Shown here piece by piece: positions 9,801 to 15,660 of a stretch of 64,000 nt of DNA (position 1 is its first letter; the number at the start of each line of letters is the position of its first letter). Both the position numbers and the translations under genes were made by a program. The stretch lies in the IMG/VR virus record IMGVR_UViG_3300032307_000764, positions 1 to 64,000 of that record; one strand, 5' to 3'. The notes under the pieces are model-generated. The model was not told the origin of the DNA. It did no database searches and saw only the letters and a list, made by a program, of their open reading frames with translations. Source of the DNA: a virus. Lineage: Duplodnaviria > Caudoviricetes.

Positions 9801-10746
9801 TGTTATAAAAGTAGAAGGCGAGAGAACTTTAGCTAGTGCAATGAATCTTCTTAAACATTCACATATGTTTATTGGCATTGGCTCTGGATTAAGCTGGCTT
9901 TCTTGGTCTATAGGTACTCCTACAGTAATCATATCAGGATTCAGTAATCCAATAACTGAGCCATTAGACGATAAGGTTGTAAGAATATTTAATTCTAATG
10001 CGTGTACAAGTTGCTTTAATAGACATAGACTAGATGCAGGTGATTGGAATTGGTGTCCTGACCAGAAAGGAACATATAGACAATTTGAATGTACCAAATC
10101 TATATCAGGAAATTATGTAATTTCTGAGATAGAAAAATATTTTAAACTCGGATATGCTGAAAAATCTATAGATTCGGTTTTACATGAATCTTTTATGTTA
10201 GGTATGGTACAAAATTATACTGAGATTAGTGATGCTGCACAATTTTTTAAATCACTGGACGTAGAGAACTTTATGGAAATAGGTACCGACCAGGGAGGAA
10301 CTTTTGCAATATGGAGTAAATTATCAAAAGACGGTATTAGAATTTCGGTAGATCTTCCTCATGGAAACTTTGGAAGGACTAATTACAACGTTACCAAAAG
10401 GGATAATTATTTAAAAACCCTAGGATCTAATGTAACAATGATTCATGGAAGTTCTCATGATGAGGATGTTAAGAAAAAAGTATCTGAAATAATAGGTGAT
10501 AAGAAACTAGATTTCTTGTTCATAGACGGAGACCATACTTACGAGGGAGTAAAAGAAGATTTCCTAATGTATAAAGAATTCGTTAAAGAAGGAGGATGGG
10601 TAGGATTTCATGATATTATAGATAGTGATCATCATAGAAATGCTAACTGTAGAGTAGATTTGTTATGGGAAGAATTGGAAGGGGAGAAGGTATCCTTTAT
10701 ATGTGGGCATTCAGACTTCGGAGGAATAGGATTCATTAGAGTCTGA
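6838..10746 (+). CDS. Multidomain protein: GT4 glycosyltransferase, unknown domain, TibC/AAH-like autotransporter heptosyltransferase domain, class I SAM methyltransferase
   Basis: GT4: FLFFGRWDYRK...SEGWNIPLIEAMAAGTPVI; TibC-like: SSSLGDTLAWFP...FIGIGSGLSWL...CTSCFN...WNWCP...FECTKSI (4 Cys); MTase: MEIGTDQGGT...FIDGDHTYEGV...GFHD. Confidence 0.8.
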   Translation: MIKVRAHTCYLGHSGYSAHAREFFRNLSKYVDLRVRNYTWDGDPTYLNDIDFKIIDKITLKNSSGMDEDFPITHSFPQFHWANSGRHFEQDIDIVLMDMDHHYFYEDYGDKIKIAYTVWESTEIPNSFFTQLLKFDYLWVATQWHKDVIVDQGYPKQNVFVVNEGVSKEFFENDDISDLVKSEYNDNRFKFLFFGRWDYRKAVPEIIDSFIKAFPNNEPVDLILSADNPYAIDGMNSTENRLKHYGYNDDRIKVKHFVSREDYVSYLKTGNVLITCARSEGWNIPLIEAMAAGTPVIYSDWGAQLEFAKGKGNSVKIKSELPASIGANLGFAGNTPGLYAEPDYDNLIEVLRDCYNDYDNKKIRAEEESLDIIERFNWENIARIGYDTILKVTPLEIPTAIKNESVVILSHADSEEKLKTLSRSILSLKRQGYFVILSSHIPVPDHILNMTDYFIYEKDNPVIESDEYSKLSTTVPIYRFNYSDFNLSYTFDFNHGFAALRLIQNGLNISIQNGYEKTHFVNYDYIIDDPKVLEYHSNSLNNNNIVTYRWNPEASINSALFSARSSDIYKAIEKTKSKEDYFRYEGVVILEDFLYRCFKEMDFKIDIRELSLIDRNNFLNGFMAPAFPTFLIRKGEQAHIYLGEDNITRNTFLCLLGGSSKINATIKYSGNEYQIEAGNSMCFYKIDQEMLEKGFEVSIPEYEQNYKYDSRSKKANLEIKNPSIIKHLEPNKKEEPNMTFNFINGPFIEIKNAGDSEFLVEFIDLETNITHHETTVGNNTWVRCSIKYFKKWLIRATDIITGKIYGHIFDLKNQNVLISLGSSSLGDTLAWFPHIEEFGKIHGCKIYVSTFKNSLFEKNYPNMTFVNPGAVVNNIYASYEIGWFYEGENFDKFKNPRDFRNLPLQATTTDILGLEHTNLRPRLFVPELGRKIEEPYVCIGMHSTAQAKYWNNPTGWQEVTDWFIDKGYKVVMLSLEEDGYMGNYYPKGVIKVEGERTLASAMNLLKHSHMFIGIGSGLSWLSWSIGTPTVIISGFSNPITEPLDDKVVRIFNSNACTSCFNRHRLDAGDWNWCPDQKGTYRQFECTKSISGNYVISEIEKYFKLGYAEKSIDSVLHESFMLGMVQNYTEISDAAQFFKSLDVENFMEIGTDQGGTFAIWSKLSKDGIRISVDLPHGNFGRTNYNVTKRDNYLKTLGSNVTMIHGSSHDEDVKKKVSEIIGDKKLDFLFIDGDHTYEGVKEDFLMYKEFVKEGGWVGFHDIIDSDHHRNANCRVDLLWEELEGEKVSFICGHSDFGGIGFIRV

Positions 10747-10763
10747 GATCATATCATATAGGG

Positions 10764-10771
10764 GATATATA
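10764..10771 (+). promoter_or_regulatory. Class B (late-like) motif GATATATA
   Basis: Intergenic, before 10841/11383. Confidence 0.45.
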
Positions 10772-10840
10772 AAGAATAATATGATTAATTAAAATTTATA
10801 AATCTGAATATCTACTAGGTATTCATAAAAAATAAAAAGG

Positions 10841-11386
10841 ATGACTATATCAAGCAAAAATAAAATATTAATCAACAGAGTCCTAGATACGATCGATTGG
10901 TCTTTGATGCTTAAGTTTTATAAGCTAGTGGGTAGAACGATAGGGACGGAAAATGTACAAATTCCAGGGATTAAGAAGCTAGACAAGAAGGTAAAACTAA
11001 ACGAGGATCACATTAGAAATGAGGTTAATTACGTTATAAATCATGCAGTGGAAAACGATCTTGCACAGTATGTTTATGGACCTTGGAATGTTATCTGGGT
11101 AAACGGAGAATGGGAAATGGAAATCCCAGAAACAGACGAAAATGGTAAAGAAATACCAGACGGGGAGAGCACATTTGTACCAATTATAGAATCGATGCTA
11201 GAAGTTTACTTTTCCCCTATGGTTGTAGTTTCTAGAGAAGAGGTTTTAGACGACGAAGAGAAAGAATCAGAAAAGCCAGAAACTACAGATCTTCAGAAGC
11301 AATTAGAAAAAGCTATAAGCGACGAAAACTACGAGTTGGCATCTAAGATTAGGGATCTAATCGAAGTTTATAAAAAACAAAAATGA
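10841..11386 (+). CDS. Hypothetical protein with a C-terminal UVR (UvrB/C-type) coiled-coil motif
   Basis: C-terminus LQKQLEKAISDENYELASKIRDLIE matches the UVR motif. Confidence 0.6.
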   Translation: MTISSKNKILINRVLDTIDWSLMLKFYKLVGRTIGTENVQIPGIKKLDKKVKLNEDHIRNEVNYVINHAVENDLAQYVYGPWNVIWVNGEWEMEIPETDENGKEIPDGESTFVPIIESMLEVYFSPMVVVSREEVLDDEEKESEKPETTDLQKQLEKAISDENYELASKIRDLIEVYKKQK

Positions 11387-12252
11387 CAAAAATTAAAACA
11401 TTAAACGAGTATTTTTCTCAGACATTATCTGGAGATAGCTTTAATAGCTCCAATGGAGTTTTTAAGGTTAACTATAAAGCTTATAGCGATTTATCTATTG
11501 CTGTCGGAAGAGATGCAGATCCTAGTCTATTAGTTAAGGATTCAGCTTTCCAAGTAGGGGATATTGTTAAAGGAAAAGTTCACGGTCTGGATAAGAAGGT
11601 TAAAGGAGAGATTATAGAGACTTCAAAGGCGATAGATGGAAAATCATATGTGATTAAAATACAGGGAATTAAAAACAAAAAAACATATACCTTAATACCA
11701 GGATCAATCGAATTTATACAGGATAGAGGACATTCAACTAATTCTATGGGTATGTCTATTAGTTCAAGAGAAAAAAATGCACAGAATTTAAAATATGATG
11801 CAGGAAATATAGTTTGGGGATCTTTAGAAAACAGAAATATCGATCCTCTATATGCTAACATAGATGATAATCCAGTTACAGGTCCCATGGGAACAGGATG
11901 GCTAGTACAATTTGTAGATGATCAGCCGGACGGGGACCAAATATTTAATTCTTTGTTTGTTGATTCTTCTAAAAATATTTTAACATGTCCAAGAGAAAAC
12001 GTAGATTCTAACTTTATGGATATACTAAAAGCTGCAGAAGCTTTTTGCTTTATGTTTTATAATCCAGAGCTAAAAGATCTTCCTACGGATCTAAGATCTA
12101 TAATAGCAATCATCTTCTTAGAGATGAAAAACGAGATGGAAGCTAAAAAACATCTTATTAAGAATTTCACGGATCTTAACCAAAGATCGTACGGTGAATC
12201 AAGAGATGAGCATCTAGACAAAGCGAAATCAATTATTAATAGCTTTTTATAA
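11383..12252 (+). CDS. Hypothetical protein, candidate internal head protein
   Basis: N-terminus MTKIKTLNEYF (capsid-targeting-like); KOW/SH3-like segment FQVGDIVKG. Confidence 0.55.
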   Translation: MTKIKTLNEYFSQTLSGDSFNSSNGVFKVNYKAYSDLSIAVGRDADPSLLVKDSAFQVGDIVKGKVHGLDKKVKGEIIETSKAIDGKSYVIKIQGIKNKKTYTLIPGSIEFIQDRGHSTNSMGMSISSREKNAQNLKYDAGNIVWGSLENRNIDPLYANIDDNPVTGPMGTGWLVQFVDDQPDGDQIFNSLFVDSSKNILTCPRENVDSNFMDILKAAEAFCFMFYNPELKDLPTDLRSIIAIIFLEMKNEMEAKKHLIKNFTDLNQRSYGESRDEHLDKAKSIINSFL

Positions 12253-12253
12253 G
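12225..12253 (+). promoter_or_regulatory. Class A motif variant GAAA-N19-TATAAG
   Basis: Upstream of 12259. Confidence 0.4.
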
Positions 12254-12258
12254 ATATC

Positions 12259-13056
12259 ATGTCAATAGAAAGAAAAAGAAATCTTTTAAGAATTTCTAGA
12301 GAAAAGATCAAGAATCCAAATTTCTCTGGAAATTTTAATTTTAATCCACCTATACAGGATCAAAGTAAAGTTATGGAGGTAAATACAACAGCAAGTTCTA
12401 GCACTGTTAATAGAATTAAAACAACAGTAAAAAGTACATATCTAGGAAAAAACCTAAACCCAGATTACGTAGGAAAATATAAAGGAGAATCTTTTATAGT
12501 TGCAGGGTGTGGATCATCCTTAAATTACTATACAGATTTCAGTAAAAATTATGTGATCGGCGTAAATGACATCGAAAGAATATTGACACCCGATTTTTTA
12601 ATAGTAGTAAATGACTGCAGGACATTTATGAGAGGAAGATGGGATTATGTAAGAGATTCACTAAGCCCTGTTATATTTTCACATATGGATAATCCGGGAC
12701 CAATAACAAGAGCATCACATCTAGTAAAATTACAAGTTGGTGAAAGAAATAATCCAAGGCTAGATCAATTTGATTTCGTAGATCACACTATGAATTCTCC
12801 ATATATGGCAGCTATAGTTGCATATCAATTAGGAGCTAGAAAAATAGCTATGGTTGGTGTTGACTTTACTCAGGATCATTTTTTCTCCAATACAGGTACA
12901 CACAAGCTTTCTAAACATATCAGAAATATTGATCACGAATTCTTAATGCTAAGAAACGAGTTAGAAAAAAGAGGTATTAAAGTAGCTAATATATCCCCCA
13001 TTAGTTTATTAGAGTCATGGCCTAAAATGACACTGGAGGAATTCGAAGCCCTTTAG
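12259..13056 (+). CDS. DUF115 / Maf-like (MptE-like) putative glycosyltransferase
   Basis: SFIVAGCGSSL...IGVND...PDFLIV...NSPYMA...AYQLGARKIAMVGVDF. Confidence 0.65.
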   Translation: MSIERKRNLLRISREKIKNPNFSGNFNFNPPIQDQSKVMEVNTTASSSTVNRIKTTVKSTYLGKNLNPDYVGKYKGESFIVAGCGSSLNYYTDFSKNYVIGVNDIERILTPDFLIVVNDCRTFMRGRWDYVRDSLSPVIFSHMDNPGPITRASHLVKLQVGERNNPRLDQFDFVDHTMNSPYMAAIVAYQLGARKIAMVGVDFTQDHFFSNTGTHKLSKHIRNIDHEFLMLRNELEKRGIKVANISPISLLESWPKMTLEEFEAL

Positions 13057-13067
13057 AAACTTTATTA

Positions 13068-13844
13068 TTGATGCCATATAGAATTAATATGAATTCTATA
13101 AGAAATGGTATAGTAATTAGAATCCCAGATTCTTCTATTACAAAAGAAAATTGTTTAGCACGAATAGTTTGCGACAGGATTAAAGCGTCTTTAAATCTTG
13201 GATATAAACTATTTGTAATCGAGCTCTCAGAAAAAGATATAGAAAATTCAACGGATGTATCTGAGGCAGAAAAAGAAAGAATATTTTATTATTTAGAGGA
13301 TCTTGATATAAGAATAGCATTCTATATTAAGAGCAAGAATAATGTTGTATCAACTGACCCTTTATCTAGAAAAAAAGCTAAACAAGAAATTCTCAAGGTC
13401 GGAAATTTTATTGAAGAAATAAATGCTGCTAGATTCGATATACCTCTAATATGCCATATAGGAGGAGCACAAGGTAATAGAAGAAAAAGTATGACAGATT
13501 TTTGTAAATTCTTTGATACTTTACCATGGAGAATACAGAAACAAATAGCAATAATAAATGATGATAAGCCTAGTTTATTTTCTGTTAAGGATTTATTATC
13601 AGTTACTTATGTTGATAAAAAAATTCCAATAGTATTTAGAACTGGGTCACATAGAACTAATCAAGGAGGATTAACATACAAGGAAAGCTTTTTTCTTGCG
13701 GCATCAACATGGGCAGAAAGATCTAATCCTATAATGTTCTACTGCCCGACTAGCCAGGAGGAAACAGTAAACATCTCGGATCTAAATCCATATAATTTAA
13801 TAGTTGATGTGGCATTTGATAACAATTTACCAGATCCTAGTTAG
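13068..13844 (+). CDS. Degenerate UV-damage endonuclease (UvsE-like TIM barrel)
   Basis: CHIGGAQG...F..L...I.KQIAIINDDK...FSVKDL...IPIVF...A.STW..P follows the UvsE C-terminal pattern, but metal-ligand positions are altered. Confidence 0.5.
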   Translation: MMPYRINMNSIRNGIVIRIPDSSITKENCLARIVCDRIKASLNLGYKLFVIELSEKDIENSTDVSEAEKERIFYYLEDLDIRIAFYIKSKNNVVSTDPLSRKKAKQEILKVGNFIEEINAARFDIPLICHIGGAQGNRRKSMTDFCKFFDTLPWRIQKQIAIINDDKPSLFSVKDLLSVTYVDKKIPIVFRTGSHRTNQGGLTYKESFFLAASTWAERSNPIMFYCPTSQEETVNISDLNPYNLIVDVAFDNNLPDPS

Positions 13845-13879
13845 AAAATTCTTATATTTGATAAAAGATTAAGATGAAA

Positions 13880-14149
13880 TTACCAAGCAACATATCCTTT
13901 AGGCTTTCTCTCCGCCATTACAGGTTGGTGCATTTTATCGTTTGCTTTAAGAAGATCATCGATAGGTTTAACATAATATCTAGTCTGTCCAGGCATACCC
14001 CAATTTCCTTTAGCTTTAATATCAACGAAATCGTATGTTGTAAGTTCGTCACCTACAACTGGACCATGTCCAGTAAATCTTCCATCGTTTTTACTAGCTT
14101 TTTCAAATTCATTTCTAGAACTTATGTTCTTATAACCGTATTTTTCCAT
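13880..14149 (-). CDS. Hypothetical protein (89 aa)
   Basis: Preceded 6 nt upstream by GATATATA on the minus strand; natural composition compared with the overlapping plus-strand ORF. Confidence 0.6.
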   Translation of the reverse strand: MEKYGYKNISSRNEFEKASKNDGRFTGHGPVVGDELTTYDFVDIKAKGNWGMPGQTRYYVKPIDDLLKANDKMHQPVMAERKPKGYVAW

Positions 14150-14155
14150 ATAAAC

Positions 14156-14163
14156 TATATATC
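14156..14163 (-). promoter_or_regulatory. Class B motif GATATATA
   Basis: 6 nt before the minus-strand ATG at 14149. Confidence 0.55.
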
Positions 14164-14859
14164 ATGTTACATAAATCATTAATAGAATCGTCAATCTTCT
14201 TTGATATAGAAACAGCAGGACTTTATCCAACTTTAGAAGAATGCAAGAAACAAGATCCACACTTAGCAGAATTATGGATTAAAAGATGTAAATGGCTACA
14301 GAAGAACGTAGAACCAGGAGAATCTACTGATCCTAATGATTTATGGCTAAATAGATCATCATTACATCCAGAGTTTGGTAGAGTTGTTTGTGTGAGCTTC
14401 GGAGTATTTCAAGGTGAAATCGAGAAGATCACTAGCTTCTATGGTAATGATGAGAAAGACATATTAGAAAAAGCAAATAAAATACTAGCTAACTCTAGAA
14501 CCAAGGGTTTTAAAATAGCAGGACAAAATATTAAAAATTTTGATATTCCATATTTAGGTAAAAGAATGATAATTAATTCTATTACACCAGATCCTATAAT
14601 ACAGACCTGGAATAAAAAACCTTGGGAAACTTCTTTCGTAGATCTAGCAGAAATATTTTCATTTGGAGCTTGGGGTCAAACATTCTCATCACTTGATTTA
14701 ATATCACATGTTTTAGGAGTACCCACATCTAAAGATAATTTAGATGGCTCCATGGTTCACAGTTCATACTGGGAAGAAAAAATGACAGAAGAAATTAAAA
14801 ATTATTGCGAACAGGACGTAGTTTGCACCATGAATTGCTTTAAAAGATTATCTTCATAA
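14164..14859 (+). CDS. Stand-alone 3'-5' exonuclease (PolB exo2 / DnaQ-like)
   Basis: ExoI FFDIET, ExoII NIKNFDIPY, ExoIII YCEQDV; also SLHPEFGRVVC and KKPWE. Confidence 0.85.
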   Translation: MLHKSLIESSIFFDIETAGLYPTLEECKKQDPHLAELWIKRCKWLQKNVEPGESTDPNDLWLNRSSLHPEFGRVVCVSFGVFQGEIEKITSFYGNDEKDILEKANKILANSRTKGFKIAGQNIKNFDIPYLGKRMIINSITPDPIIQTWNKKPWETSFVDLAEIFSFGAWGQTFSSLDLISHVLGVPTSKDNLDGSMVHSSYWEEKMTEEIKNYCEQDVVCTMNCFKRLSS

Positions 14860-14876
14860 TTCTATTTCAAAGTCTG

Positions 14877-14884
14877 GATATATA
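14877..14884 (+). promoter_or_regulatory. Class B motif GATATATA embedded in an inverted repeat
   Basis: 20 nt before the TTG at 14905. Confidence 0.6.
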
Positions 14885-14904
14885 ACAGATAGTAATATCC
14901 AGAC

Positions 14905-15660
14905 TTGAAGAATATTTTAAATTTTAACGCTTGGCTTTTCGAAAATGAGGAGAGAGATGACTTTTATAAAAAAGAGTTAAATCCTTCATTCTGGAAAGAC
15001 GATAAATTTGATCCTCAGATCAGAGAGAAGCTTCTTAAAATCGCTAAAGATTTTTACGAAGCTCTAAAACTAACAGCACCAATAAAAGATATACAGCTAA
15101 CAGGATCGTTAGCTAATTACAACTGGACTGATAAATCGGATCTAGATGTACACGTTCTTATCGATTTTAAAGATGTTGACGATAACATAGACCTAGTTAA
15201 AAAAGCTTTAGATGGTGCAAGATTTATATGGAATCTTAGACATAATATAAAGCTAAGAGGATTTGACGTAGAGCTATACGTTCAAGACATACACGAACCA
15301 CATACAGCATCAGGTTTATTCTCGTTATTAAATAACGAATGGATTAGAGTTCCTAAATACAGTCCACCCGACATAGATTATAAAGATGTAGATAAAAAAT
15401 ATCAAGGGATTATTTCCGATATTCTACAAATGGAGAATCTAATGACTACTTCCGATTTTTCATCCTTCTCAGAAGAAGAATTATACAATCATGCACAGAA
15501 ATTAAAAAAGAAAATTATGGACATGAGAAAAGAAGGATTAGCAAGAGAAGGAGAATTCTCTGTTGAAAACCTGGTGTTTAAAAAATTAAGGAACGAAGGA
15601 TATATAGAAAAGATAATAGAGTTGATCTCTAAAGCATACACAAATATCTACAATGAGTAA
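14905..15660 (+). CDS. Pol-beta superfamily nucleotidyltransferase (TTG start)
   Basis: LTGSLANYNW...SDLDVHVLID (GS...DxD), ELYVQD. Confidence 0.8.
   Translation: MKNILNFNAWLFENEERDDFYKKELNPSFWKDDKFDPQIREKLLKIAKDFYEALKLTAPIKDIQLTGSLANYNWTDKSDLDVHVLIDFKDVDDNIDLVKKALDGARFIWNLRHNIKLRGFDVELYVQDIHEPHTASGLFSLLNNEWIRVPKYSPPDIDYKDVDKKYQGIISDILQMENLMTTSDFSSFSEEELYNHAQKLKKKIMDMRKEGLAREGEFSVENLVFKKLRNEGYIEKIIELISKAYTNIYNE

Noticed and set aside
13874-14182. Plus-strand 102-aa ORF
   Set aside because: It overlaps the minus-strand 13880..14149 ORF, which has a class B motif and more natural composition, and it also overlaps the exonuclease start
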